Assembly: GCA_964016885.1 (NCBI GenBank)
Contig: OZ024741.1
Span: 234,918,001 to 234,982,000 of the forward strand
Length of the DNA: 64,000 bases
Source: Eledone cirrhosa
Lineage: Eukaryota
Direction of reading: 5' to 3'
Position 1 is the stretch's first letter. Each line of letters opens with the position of its first letter. The position numbers and the translations under genes were made by a program. Of this stretch, positions 43,409 through 56,437 are shown piece after piece. A model generated the notes under the pieces. The model was not told where the DNA came from. It did no database searches and was given only the letters and a program-made list of their open reading frames with translations.

Positions 43409-43785
43409 ATACCTTCCTGCCAGATTGTTGAACGTATATACTTACCTTATGCATATTAACGGCTGAGTAGCCCAATTTGCATATCGAGTGGGTTAATCGG
43501 CCGGGTGCACCGAAAACGATAAACGGAAAAAATGAAACGAAATTTCATTTCCCACTCTTAGTACGGCTGTTACTTAAATATAAGTATGTACACGTACATA
43601 CATATATGTATACAAACGCACGGTAGTATATATATATATATACATATATGCACACATATATATATGCACGTATGGATTTAGCGAACATTTATTATAATGC
43701 TCGGTGTGTTTGTAAACAAACATCCCGTATTAAGCCGTAGTGTCTAGCAACCATCGTTGCTCGTTTGTTCAACACTGACAAAGGA

Positions 43786-43828
43786 ACGCTGTACTAGTTT
43801 CAAGCTTATTAGCTATCGTCAGCAACGT
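43786..43828 (-). ncRNA. Retrozyme HHR, intact
   Basis: ACGUUG-CUGACGA-UAGCU-AAUA-AGCUU-GAAA-CUAG-UA/CAGCGU. Confidence 0.88.
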
Positions 43829-44203
43829 ATACCTTCCAGGTTGTTGAACGTATATACTTACCTTATGCATATTAACGGCTGAGTAGCCCAATTTACATAT
43901 CGAGTGGGTTAGTCGGCCGGGTGCACCGAAAACGATAAACGGAAAAAATGAAACGAAATTTCATTTCCCACTCTTAGTACGGCTGTTACTTAAATATAAG
44001 TATGTACACGTACATACATATATGTATACAGACGCACAGTAGTATGTATATATATATACATACATGCACACATATATATATATGTACGTATGGATTCACC
44101 GAACATTTATTATAATGCTCGGTGTGTTTGTAAACAAACATTCCGTATTAAGCCGTTGTGTCTAACAACCATCGTTGCTCGTTTGTTCAACACTGACAAA
44201 GGA

Positions 44204-44246
44204 ATGCTGTACTAGTTTCAAGCTTATTAGCTATCGTCAGCAACGT
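44204..44246 (-). ncRNA. Retrozyme HHR, intact core
   Basis: ACGUUG-CUGACGA-UAGCUAAUAAGCUU-GAAA-CUAG-UA/CAGCAU. Confidence 0.82.
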
Positions 44247-44576
44247 ATACCTTTCTGCCAGATTGTTGAACGTATATACTTACCTTATGTATATTAACGG
44301 CTGAGTAGCCCAATTTGCATATCGAGTGGGTTAATCGGCCGGGTGCACCGAAAACGATAAACGGAAAAAATGAAACGAAATTTCATTTCCCACTCTTAGT
44401 ACGGCTGTTACTTAAATATAAGTATGTACACGTACATACATATATGTATACAGACGCACAGTAGTTTGTATATATATATACATACACGCACACATATATA
44501 TATGTATATATTAATTTACACACTACCTTCATTAAGAACACATGAAGGCATGTCACTATCTTAACACCAAATATTA

Positions 44577-44637
44577 TATTTGATCTGACGAAAGCGTACT
44601 TAAATATTAGTACCCTTGAAATACGTATAATAAAATA
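44577..44637 (+). ncRNA. Hammerhead ribozyme, family B
   Basis: UAUUUGAU-CUGACGA-AAGCGUACU..AGUACCCUU-GAAA-UACGUA-UA/AUAAAAUA. Confidence 0.78.
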
Positions 44638-44677
44638 AATATGATTTTATAACGATATTTTCCATTTATTAATATTC

Positions 44678-44777
<100 letters not shown>

Positions 44778-45282
44778 GATAACACAATATCGTTATAGGT
44801 AATCCAGTTACAATTGTTAGAATGTAAATAAATCCCCTTTTATTGTTGGCCATGTTATTCTACACATTTTCAACTTTTATATATATATATGCACCCATGC
44901 AACAAAACAAATACGCCACAAACGCAATAGAAAGGGTGCGCAATTGGGGAGAAAAATCTGATATAGTGTGAAAAAGAATAAGAAAATATGCATACTTCTT
45001 TTTCTCCTTCAGTTCCCTTTCATACAATCCCAGATCTTTCTCCCTACTCCCCCACCTCTTCATATTTTATCTATCTTCTTTCTCTTTCTCCCCCATCTCT
45101 CTCTCACTCTCTTTTACTGACTCACACACTTTATCCTTTCTGCCACCCCATTCCATCCCTCTCTCCCTCTTTCTCATTTTACTTTACTCCCCTTCTTTCC
45201 CTTCTTAGCGCTTTCTCATCTTCTTTTTCTCTATCCCTCTCATCTTTCTTTATCTTACTTATCTCCCTTCTCTCTATCTATT

Positions 45283-45325
<43 letters not shown>

Positions 45326-45779
45326 ATATATATATATAAATGTGTGTGTATGTATGTGTGTGTGTGCATGTGTGTATGTGTGTGTGTGCATGTGCGCATG
45401 TGTGTGTATGTGTGTGCATGTGTGTATGTGTGTATGTGTGTGTGAGAGGGAGATAGAGAGAGAGCGAAAGAGAAAGCTGCCTTTTAATTCAAATAAAAAG
45501 AATGAAACAGCTCGATGTTCTGTTTTGTCGTTTTGTTCTATTTCAGAACAGGCATTTTACTTCTGAACTGTCTCACTTCCACTCCATTAGAATTTTCAGT
45601 CTTTCTCTCTTTCCATCCTTAAATTCCTCGTTTGTACTACCGAGGCGATAGGAAGTCGGATTTATGTTTTCATTTTAGGATGACTTTAAATCTCTGTTCG
45701 AAAATCTGTGAAGATTTGATGAGAAATAGGTACGTTATTTCAAGACAAATCTTTATGCTTTGTCGCATTTGTTCCAGCT

Positions 45780-45925
45780 CTACATTCTGAGCTCAAACCC
45801 TGTCAATATCGGTCAATATCGCCTTTCATCCTTCTAGGGTTGATAAAATAAGTATCAGTTAAGTACTGGGATCAATTTAATAGAATTCTCTCCCCGCACC
45901 AAGTGTTGGACTTGTGCTTAAATGA
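45780..45925 (+). mobile_element. Diverged tRNA-SINE relative
   Basis: TTCTGAGCTCAAACCC..GCCTTTCATCCTTCTAGGGTTGATAAAATAAGTATCAG. Confidence 0.6.
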
Positions 45926-45946
45926 GAGCCCAACACGAACACACGC

Positions 45947-46081
<135 letters not shown>

Positions 46082-46092
46082 CGCACACACAC

Positions 46093-46140
<48 letters not shown>

Positions 46141-46299
46141 TTTACGTCCGCTATTTCCTGCTTGCAAGAATGGGACGGCTCCTATTCAGCACAGCATCTC
46201 TCCACTTGTCACGGCCCTTCGTCATCTCCTCCATGAGGTTCAGCGATCTGAGATCCGCTCTCACCACCTCCGCCCATGTGTTTCGTGGTCTTCCTCTAC
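46093..46299 (-). mobile_element. RTE LINE 3' end with (GAT)n tail
   Basis: RGRPRNTWAEVVRADL..RDKWRDAV followed by a short UTR and (ATG)n. Related tail at 3630-3680. Confidence 0.8.
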
Positions 46300-46807
46300 T
46301 ATATATATATATTTCCCTCCTCTTTCTATCTCTCTCGTTTATTGCATCTCTCATCCTTCTTTCTCCTCACTCTTCTTCTTTCCCTCTTTCAGTTTCTTTC
46401 TTTCTCGTTCTCCGCTATCATTACTCTTTTTTTTTTACTCCATCTTCTTATTGCCATTCTCTTTCCCTATTTCTCTCCTTTCCTCTCTATTTTCTCACAC
46501 GCATACTCCTCCTCTCTTTATCTTTATCTCACTTTCAGACGTTCCTCTCACTCTCTTTCATCCCCCTCTCTCTTGTTACATACTTTCACATCTTTCACCC
46601 TGACACACAACTACTCACTACGAATGGCGTCTCTTTCACACCTTTTCAGTTTCAATGCTACACGTCACCGTCGTCAGTGTATACTTTCTCTTTTTTGTTT
46701 TTCAAACTTTTTCTTTGTTTCTCCATCTCTCTTATACATTCTTGGTCTTCCTCTCTGTCTCTCTCCCCCTCTCTTTCTTATACACTAATTTCTCTCATAT
46801 ATTCTCC

Positions 46808-46871
<64 letters not shown>

Positions 46872-47384
46872 CCCTGTCTCTCTTATACTCTTCCCGCCTC
46901 TCTATCTCTCTTATACACTCTTCCCGTTTCTATCTCACTCTCTCTTGTATACACTCACCCTTTCTCTCTCTTTTCCTTTTCCTTTTCTCACTGTTATTAT
47001 TTTTCATTTCCTCATCCTCTAGTTTATATACCTTACTTTCACTTTTCTCCTTCCTCTCCCCATTATGCATCATACCAGCTTCCTTCTTCCTGCTTTAACC
47101 ATTCTCTCACTTCTTTTCTATATAACCGCCATCTCTTTACTTCCCTTACTCTCTCCATTTCTTTCTCATCTTCTCATTTATATATTTATCTTCTTCCTTT
47201 TCTCTGCAATACACTTCCTTTGCGTACTTATCTTTTTTCTCACCTTTCTCTTCATTCAGCCGTCTCCTTTACATTTCATTCTCACTTTCCTTAGTTTCTA
47301 TGTTCACCATATTTGCAGTAAATTGACCTCTGCCTCTCTCACATCTTTCTCACTCTCTCATTCTTTCTTTTTAATACCCCCCCC

Positions 47385-47503
<119 letters not shown>

Positions 47504-47577
47504 TATATATATATATATATATATATATACAGTATATATATATATATATATATATATACAGTATATATATATATATA

Positions 47578-47613
<36 letters not shown>

Positions 47614-47695
47614 TATATATATGCGTGTGTGTGTGTGTATATATATATATAAATGTAAGTACAGCATATTCGAAGCTCGAGCCGCAGCTAAGCCG

Positions 47696-47803
<108 letters not shown>

Positions 47804-47848
47804 CATACATACACACACACACACTCACACACACATATATATATATAT

Positions 47849-47879
<31 letters not shown>

Positions 47880-47938
47880 CACATGATAAAGAAAATGCGA
47901 AGGTCGTTGTAGATGTTAAAAAGTCCTTTATTAACAAA

Positions 47939-48017
47939 GCTGTGGTACATAGTTCAATAGCGATCATGACTACGTGATTGGTCAATCATAACCAGTCACG
48001 CGATATCATCAGACAGC
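47939..48017 (-). ncRNA. Degenerate HHR-like motif
   Basis: GCUGU-CUGAUGA-long stem-GAAC-UAUGUA-CC/ACAGC, followed by AAUAAA. Two core mismatches. Confidence 0.4.
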
Positions 48018-48494
48018 ATCTTATGTAATAAGGATACGTTTCCGAGACAATCCAATCGAAAGACAAGGGGACGGAAAGAAATGATGTCTTCATGGCCGAA
48101 GTCCGTTCCTTTGTGAACTTTAGTTCCATTCTACTGCTTTGCGCAGGCGTGGAATTGTAGGACTGATTGACCACCCGTCTATCACCCACACCCTGCAAGC
48201 AGCTAGGGCCTCAGAGACAAGCCTATGTCATATTCCAAGCCTCCCCCAAGAAATACTTCGTTTTTGTATTTGTTGTGCAAGATTTCTTATCTGAAAACAC
48301 GCGTTGAAACATATATATTTATGCGAAAACAAGGGCAAGAATGACGGGGGGGGGGGGGGGGTCATTCTACTGACACGGCTTAAGAGGCTGTTTGTATAAT
48401 TGCAAACGAATCGAATATTTATTAATATTCGAAAAACATAGATTTACATTTCTTGTCTTCAGCCATGTAGAGCGATAAAACGATTTGTTATATA

Positions 48495-48523
<29 letters not shown>

Positions 48524-48526
<3 letters not shown>

Positions 48527-49430
48527 CAAATATAAATTATCGAGAATCGTATTTCGGCCTATGAAATAACGAAAAACAACCTCCGAGATGTGTGGCAAGT
48601 CCTCAATAGTTCGGATGAACCAGAGCCACAACATACGTTAAAAACCAAACACACTGAGACGATGGTTAAACCATCATCCGCACAGCCAAAAAAACGATCA
48701 AGTAATTCGGGTCAAACAAAGAAAAATATATGTGATTGAAAATTTACCCGGACCCCTGGAAGAATGGTAAAATCCAGCATTTGGGTTTCTGCGACTCCTA
48801 AATCAAGTACTGTCCGCTTACATAAAAAAAATGTTAGGCTTCTGGTAAGATGATTGAACAAGGAAGCCACTTTTTCAACAGGTTTTAGTTCAATGCTAAT
48901 ACAAGGAATGACTATTACTGACCCCACTTGGGGATCGGCAAGGGAGGCAACCCTTATATCAGGCGAATGAATTCAGTTGTGTATATTATTGCAAGAATGC
49001 AAAAAATCACAAATCGAATAGAGTTCTCAACAGAAGGGTTAAAGTTAACATAAGCTATTCATCAGTCAATAGAATCAACTAACAAATCAAGAAAATTAAC
49101 TGGTCAATAGCTAGACTCTGGAGATTAATACAAATATAAATTATCGAGAATCGTATTTCGGCCTATGAAATAACGAAAAACAACCTCCGAGATGTGTGGC
49201 AAGTCCTCAATAGTTCGGATGAACCAGAGCCACAACATACGTTAAAAACCAAACACACTGAGACGATGGTTAAACCATCATCCGCACAGCCAAAAAAACG
49301 ATCAAGTAATTCGGGTCAAACAAAGAAAAATATATGTGATTGAAAATTTACCCGGACCCCCTGGATGGTTGGTAAAATCCAGCATTTGGGTTTCTGCGAC
49401 TCCTAAATCAAGTACTGTCCGCTTACATAA
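48524..49430. repeat. ~300-bp direct repeat at ~603-bp spacing (partial tandem)
   Basis: 48524-48825 is near-identical to 49128-49430. Confidence 0.85.
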
Positions 49431-49443
49431 CTTGAATCTGTTA

Positions 49444-49497
<54 letters not shown>

Positions 49498-49570
49498 TAA
49501 CAGATTAAAGTTTAAGCAAAGAATCGCTGCTTTCACCCTTAACGGGATCTTCTTAAACTTGAATCTGTTA

Positions 49571-49610
<40 letters not shown>

Positions 49611-49775
49611 TTCAAGTTTAAGAAGATCCCGTTAAGGGTGAAAGCAGCGATTCTTTGCTTAAACTTTAATCTCTTATTTTAATAAATATTTGCTCTACGG
49701 TTCTTATATATTTGATATATAATTATCCTTATCGAGCCCTCTTTGGATTTTAGTCTTCAAATTTATTATTATTAC
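49430..49775. repeat. Nested family G fold-backs separated by (TA)n; HHR-like motifs at 49507-49560 (minus) and 49614-49666 (plus)
   Basis: AAGUUU-AAGAAGA-UCCCGUUAAGGGU-GAAA-GCA..UGC-UU/AAACUU. Confidence 0.7.
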
Positions 49776-49799
49776 TATATATATATATATATATATATA

Positions 49800-50445
49800 G
49801 TGGAGAACGAAGGAAATTCCTTGGTAGAGTCAGATGTATTTGAAAAAGGAGCCAGCAGGCCTTGACCGCGGTGACGGCAAGCGCCCCGATGGAATTATCC
49901 TCTTTCCATTCGAAGGAGGTGGATTATTCATCTGGGACGCCACATGTTGCACGTTCTCCACCTCCAGCTTAGTCGCTTCTTCCACAAACCCCGGTAATGC
50001 TGCCCGCAATGCAGGAGAAAGGAAGATAAACAAATACCGGGGATTGTCCTACCGCTTCCTCTTCACACCGGTCACCGTCGTGACCCCAGGCGTACTTGGA
50101 CCCCGTACAGTCGAGCTCCTCCACAAGATCGGAACGTCAGCGCCCAACTGAGGAAGGAGCCTCGCGACGTGGGGTGGCTATTGCAGCAGGTGTCGATGCC
50201 ATTGTCCGCGGGAATGGTTTTGCAGTCTTGTCCAAGGCGTGCAGCCTCAATACCGCCGCGCCCCTGCCTAGAGCCCATCACCATTCCCCATCCCCATTCT
50301 TCTGTGACCCTAGAGCCCTTTCCTATCCCTTCCTTTTTCGTTTTCATAACCACAAAAGAAACTTGAATATTCAATGTAACTCTACTTTGTGTATTGAGTA
50401 CTGTTTTTATTTACTTATATATGTTCAATATTTGAATAAACTTCG
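49800..50445 (+). mobile_element. 5'-truncated CRE-like RLE non-LTR retrotransposon
   Basis: EPAGLDRGDGKRPDGI..WDATC..AA..ERKINKY..FTPV..GVLGP, then AIVRGNGFAVL and a 3'UTR with AATAAA. Confidence 0.8.
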
Positions 50446-50567
50446 TCGGTATTTTATATACAAATGATTTCTACAGGATTAGAGCTGTTTCGTTTGTGTG
50501 AAATGATTTTGATTTCGTATAAAGGAAACAGCTCTAGTCCTATAGAAGTCATTTCTATCTATATATC

Positions 50568-50811
50568 AGCCTGTAGGTTGAGGAAAAAGAGAAAGAGAGG
50601 AAAGGGGTACTCACTCTTCGTACTCCTGGAGATGAGGGTTGCACATTTTTTCGGGGGTATGTGTTATCCATATGTAATGTCTCCCCCTATTGGAGAAAAT
50701 CGATTAATTTTTAAATTGCATTTGTGATAGTATTTTACACGTTTTTATTGTATGTAAACTTCCCCCTTTGTATTTGTCCCCTTCTTTTGTGCCCCTGTGA
50801 CTAATAAAGAA

Positions 50812-50812
<1 letters not shown>
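50568..50812 (+). mobile_element. 3'UTR fragment of a related Tx1 subfamily, followed by (TCTA)n
   Basis: Parallels 56429-56672 (AGCCTGTAGGTTGAGGAA..CTCCTGGAG.TGAGGGTTG..CTAATAAAGAAATCTA). Confidence 0.8.
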
Positions 50813-50883
<71 letters not shown>

Positions 50884-51422
50884 GTCTGACGTGTGGAACA
50901 TCGCCGGTAAGTTTTTTGTTAATTTCTATGCAAAAAACCGATCTAATTGTTTGAAAAAATACAACACTTTGTAGATTAACCCCCAAGCTGAATTGTCAGC
51001 TGGGTGGTAATCCCATTTTTCGCCCCTGTAGGGGCGAAAATTTTATTTAAAAAATTTGTTTTAAAATATCAGATTTTACAAAGTAAAAAACTTGAGCAAC
51101 ACTAGAACGCTGGAGAACGTTAATAGAGAAAAGAGAGAGAAAGAGGCAGATATTAACGTTATATCTGCTTCTACTACTATGGACGTTGCCATAGATACAA
51201 CTGTCACAAAAGAAAAAAATATATCAACATTTGAAAATTTTACAATTTCTACCGCCGAAGCGGAGAAAAATGACAATAACACACAGGAAAACACAGCAAA
51301 AAAACTCATTGACATACATACACATGAAAAAGACATCAACAACTCTACAGATACATCTACACATAAAATTTCCAACAACGATAACATCATCATCAACAAC
51401 AACACCACACAAAAAAAAGAAA

Positions 51423-52952
51423 ATGTCTTTCGCTGACACAGTCAACAAGAAACAAGATTTTATAAATCTTGATATCTCCAACGCAAGAGATATGCTCCAG
51501 CAAGGGAGAAAATTTGTAACTTTCGAAGAAAGAGGTGGGTTTAGAATTAACTCACCCCTTGAAATAAAGGAAGACACAAACCGCCGATCAGTCACTTTTA
51601 GGACTGTGTCAAATTCGTCAAGAAAACCGACATTTGTTAATCAAGCAGATATAGAAGATTCTTTCAAGGAAATTCTAGCAAATGTCGATTTTCTCCAGCG
51701 AGGAAAACAGTACAGAAGTGTTTCCGTACTGTTTAAAAGCGAGGCACTCGCCCCAAAAAACTCTGTGACACCAATAGTGTCAAAAGCATACACCTTTTTC
51801 CCCACATACATGGTGAAAAGGACACAAAAAATAAAAATAAAAAACATACCTCCAAGCATTAACATCTGGTGGATCTTGGCTGGCTTCGTAGAGCCAGAAA
51901 CAGACATAATACTTTCGATACGAAAATCTATTCGACAAAGGTGGGCGGGCACAGATTTGGAGATTCTGTTGCAAATGAAACCGGAAAGAATCTCCAAAAT
52001 ACCCGAAAGAGTCGTTATTGATAATAACAACAAAATAAACATTTCATTGCTTTCGCTGTGGTAGCACAGCTCACCTAAAAGCCTCTTGTCCACAAACACA
52101 CAACAACAACATCATAAAAAAACGCTATTACCAACACCAACACCAAAACAACCACCACCACCACAAGTACAACGACAGACGAAACGAGCAACCACACCAA
52201 AACAAACAGACACTCAACCAACAACAACAACAGAAAAAACAGAGACAACACCCCTGAAGAACACATGCCCACTCCATCCCACTCCATCAAACACTACCAC
52301 AAACACACATACCGAAACACCACCACCACCACACAACATACCCTTACCCCACACACCTGACGATGATTATTCATCGACGGATGAAGCTGCTTCTCCTTCT
52401 TTAAGTGAAGAAGAGGGAGAACCGCGGAAATCTAAAGAACAAAAAAAGAGACACCACAAAACCCCCAAAACTCCAATCACCAACACCAACACACAACCAC
52501 AGACACAAACAACAACACAAACAACACCACAGTCAAACATCCCCCTATCAGCAAAACCAGCACCAACACCACCCCAAACACAAGCACCCACCATAAAAAG
52601 AAAACTCCCGGACGAACAACAAACTAAAACAACACAACAAAAACACAAACAACAATACGCATACATCAACACAAACAACAAGAGTTTGATGGAGGTCATC
52701 TCCAAAAACCCCAAGGTGGAGACGGAGGGCAAAACTTTCGTCAAGGCAGAATCGTCTCCACACCTTAAACTTATAAGGGTTTCTTTGGAAACCTATAAAG
52801 ACCTAAAAATTAAATTTTCACAGGACGTGGGCAACCCCTGCCACAAACCCATCAACCGCGTCCTGTTGAAATGTTTCCCCACCCCACCCAACACCCCATC
52901 CAGCACCCAAATGGAGTTTGAACAACCCGATCTCCAGGAAACGAAAAGGTAA
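51423..52952 (+). pseudogene. Tx1 ORF1-like region, broken near 52064, with a low-complexity T/Q/P-rich C-terminal part
   Basis: Long frames 51231-52064 (MSFADTV..IKIKNIPPSI) and 52086-52952 lie directly upstream of ORF2. Assignment is positional. Confidence 0.6.
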
Positions 52953-52993
52953 GTGCACCTTTCGTCCTTTTTCTCCAACTTTTCTTCACCAAC

Positions 52994-55900
52994 ATGGCTG
53001 GTTTACGAGTTGGAACCGTGAATGTGCGTGGCCTAGGGATGCCCTGGAAACAGGGCCAACTTTTAAACGACCTTAGGTCACACAGTATGGATGTGATAGC
53101 CATCATCGAGTCCAGGATCCACAACAGGCAGCAACTAACCCCATCTTCGACGACTTTGAGATCTACGCATCTCTCTGTCAGCCAGGAGGTGGAGGTGGAG
53201 TGGCTGTTATGTTTCGGAAGAACCTGGACGTCGGAGTACAGCAAGTACACTTGGACCCGGAGGGTAGACTGGTAGTCCTAGACGTGAACAGTATCGGAGG
53301 TGGAGCCTTCAGACTGGTGGCCGTTTATGCCCCGACCGAGCAATCGTAATCACGGCCAGACTTCTTTAAGCGTCTAGAGTCTTTTCTGGGAACGTCTGGC
53401 TCCTTGCTTTTAGTGGGGGACTGGAATGGTATCCTAGATGCACGATGGGACTATGTGGGAGCATGTCCCAGTAGAGCGGGGTGCAACAGCCTCAAAACTT
53501 TAATCGGCCAATTCCAACTGGCCGATAGGTATCGACTGGATTTCCCGACTGCACCACAGTGGACGTGGGTAAACCGCAGTGGGACATCTAGATCGTATTT
53601 AGATAGGTTCTTCATTAGATAAAGGGACAAGGAGATGTTAAGCTGTCCACGAATGCACATGGTTGCCTATTCAGATCACAAGTTAGTCGTCTGCTTAGTC
53701 AACTGTGATAGAATACATAGACAGGGTCCCGGATACTGGAAGCTGAACGTGTCGTTGCCGGCACGTAAAGCTTACAGTGAACGGATAAGTAGACTAGTCA
53801 AGCAACAGTTAACGAGAGCCATCGTCAACAATAGATGGTGGTACTCTCTCAAGAAAGCAATTAGAATAGAATCGATAGGGTATAGCAGAGAGTTAGCCTT
53901 AGAGAAAAACAGAATAGAAAGAGAACTAGTAGCCAAGGTAGAAGAGGCACTTAGAAGTGGCAACGCGGCTAGAGTGTTAGCGTCGAGAACGGCACTGGAC
54001 CAGTTCTTCGATGCGAAACACGAAGGCTGCGTGGTCAGAAGCAAAACACGTGCTCTAGGAAACGAAGGAGCGAAAGCTGTCAGCTGGGCCCGAGTGGCGG
54101 AGGCAAAAAGTGGCAACAAGTCCACGATTCGGTCTTTGAAAGACCAAAACGGACGCGTGCTACTTGACCCCAAGCAAATGTGCGCGGCCTTTCAGCGGCA
54201 CTTTGCGCGACTGTTTGAGCAGAACGACGGTGAGCCGAACGGGGCAATGGACTTTAGTTCATACCTCGACGGCCTGCCGCGTCTCTCGAACACGGACGCC
54301 GAGTTCTGCGAAAGACCGATCACGGACACTGAGATACGGGACGCTCTGGGCCGCTGCGGGAAACGCAAGTCACCCGGTCTAGATGGTCTACCCTACGAAT
54401 TTTACATGGGCATGCCGGACTTGTTCTCTGGCGTCCTCGAAGCCGTCTACTGCAATTGGCAGCAGAACGGGAGAATTCCCAGTTCTGCAGGCAAGGGCGT
54501 AGTAACGCTGATCAGGAAAGACGAGAACAAGGGGGACGAAATTAACAACTTCAGGCCCATAACTCTGCTCAACACAGAGTTAAAGATTTTGGCCAAGGTG
54601 CTAGCGACGAGGTTGGCGCTTGTCGTTGAGAACCTGGTAGGGAAAGCGCAAACGTGTGCAATCCCGACCAGGTCCATACACAACAACCTCCACCTCATGC
54701 GATACATCATAGAGAGAGTGGGTAGTAAACCCGGCTTTGGTGGGGCTCTGATCAACTTGGATCAGTCTAAGGCATTCGATAGGGTCGACCATCGATACTT
54801 GGAAGCGGTTCTCAATCGGCCGGTTTCGGTCCCGTGTTCAGAGGATGGATCGAGGCGATGCACACCAGCATCTGCTCGAGGGTCAAGGTGAACGGCTACC
54901 TATCGGAGCCGTTCGCAATCACGTGCTCCATTCGACAGGGATGCCCTCTCTCCTCCATTCTGTATGTATTGACTCTAGAGCCACTACTGCGGAAATTGGA
55001 GCTGTTGCAGGGCATCCCCCTAGAACCGGGACTGCGCAAAGCGGCGTCGGCTTATGCCGACGACGTAACGGTAATGGTGTCGAGCACCTCGGAAATCGGG
55101 GTGATCTGCAACTTACTGAAAGAATACGAAACCCTGACGGGAGCAAAACTAAACCCAGACAAGTCTGTCGGTTTGCAACTCGGTACGTGGAGAGGCAAAC
55201 CGATGACGTCCAACAGCGTCGTTGGACGCTGGACGGACGGACCGGTGAAATTGCTCGGGATCTGGTTCGGTCCAGACCTCCAGGTGGAGAAAAACTGGAA
55301 CGAGGTCACGGCCAAGGTATTTGTACTCACTCAGAAGTGGGCAGAGTGCAAACTGTCCTTGAAAGGTCGAGCGGAGGTGGCGAACACTTTCATAGCGTCC
55401 GTCATCTACTACCGCTTGACTGTCGTGCCTTGTCCCCGTGAACACCTCGCCAAGATGGAACGCATGCTCTTCCAGTTTCTGTGGAAGAAGCAGGCTCCGC
55501 TAGTGAGGAGATCCGTCTGCTGTCAGCACCCTTCCAACGGAGGGCTGGGAATGCCGTGACTGATGATGCGCAAACATGCGCTGAGGCTGCGGCATCTCCA
55601 GGTATTCCTCACCGACCCCCAACCGGTGTGGGCACCGTTTGTGAGACAGGCTTTCCCACAGCTCGTCTCGCTAACGGAGCTGCAGTCCTGGGTGAAGAAA
55701 AGACCGAAAACGATGGGCGCCTGGCACATTGAATGCGCTCAGGCGCTCACAGTCCTCTGGCAAGCGGGCGCAGCAATCAGTGGAGACTCCACTTCGACAT
55801 TCTATAGAGGGATTGTACGTTACAAGGGCGACGACGTGCTCGGAGAGACTCTGGGCGTCGAAGACGATGAGCTCACTAGTCTGTTTGGTAGGACTTTCCG

Positions 55901-56437
55901 CCCGGGACCTATGGACAACTTCCAGAGGTCCCTGGCCTGGCAGTGCTACGAGGAGCTCTACCGGTTCGTGACAAGATCTACAGGCACGGACGCCCTGGCA
56001 GGGATCCTTCCAAGAGGACGTGTCCAAGATGTGCGCAGGACATTGAAACAGTTCTGCACGCAATTGTACACTGCCCGGGCGTAAGCGACCTGTGGAACTA
56101 TGCAGAACAACTGCTGTCGCGTATGGGACAAATCCAGTTGACTGCCGAGTTCATAGTAAGGATCAAACCGCCAGCCTCTTTCAAAAACGAAAGAGAGGCG
56201 GTTTTCCTCTGTACGGTGGCTATGGTGAAAGAAGTTATATGGTGGACGAGGTTGAGAGGACTGAGGACAGATGCCTTTCTCTCCGGACAACAATTGATTC
56301 CCTTCTTTAAGTATCACTTTAGAAGGAGAATCAGGATGGAGAGAGAGGCACTGCACCCCAGTAAATTTACTGAAAGGTGGGTGAATGAAGCGAAAATGGC
56401 CCGAGTGATTGGGCCTTCTCTGTTTATAAGCCTGTAG
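52994..56437 (+). pseudogene. Tx1 ORF2: AP endonuclease, reverse transcriptase and CCHC knuckle, with several frameshifts and stops
   Basis: TVNVRGL, VGDWN, YLDRFF, SDHKLV, GPGYWKLN, KSPGLDG, NFRPITLLN, LDQSKAFDRVDH, IRQGCPLS, AYADDV, GGLGMP, CPRC..ETVLHAIVHC. Confidence 0.92.

Larger units (their letters stand above)
41893..44510 (-). mobile_element. Tandem array of ~420-bp HHR-containing units (non-LTR retrozyme-like); first unit interrupted by an RTE
   Basis: Unit starts at 41893, 43521, 43938 and 44359. One HHR per full unit on the minus strand. Confidence 0.85.

Noticed and set aside
43200-44510. CRISPR-like regular repeats
   Set aside because: Whole ~420-bp units repeat with no unique spacers, and the context is eukaryotic.
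52946-52996. GGTAAGT donor-like site and pyrimidine tract between Tx1 ORF1 and ORF2
   Set aside because: No AG acceptor before the ORF2 ATG. It could simply be the stop codon context.
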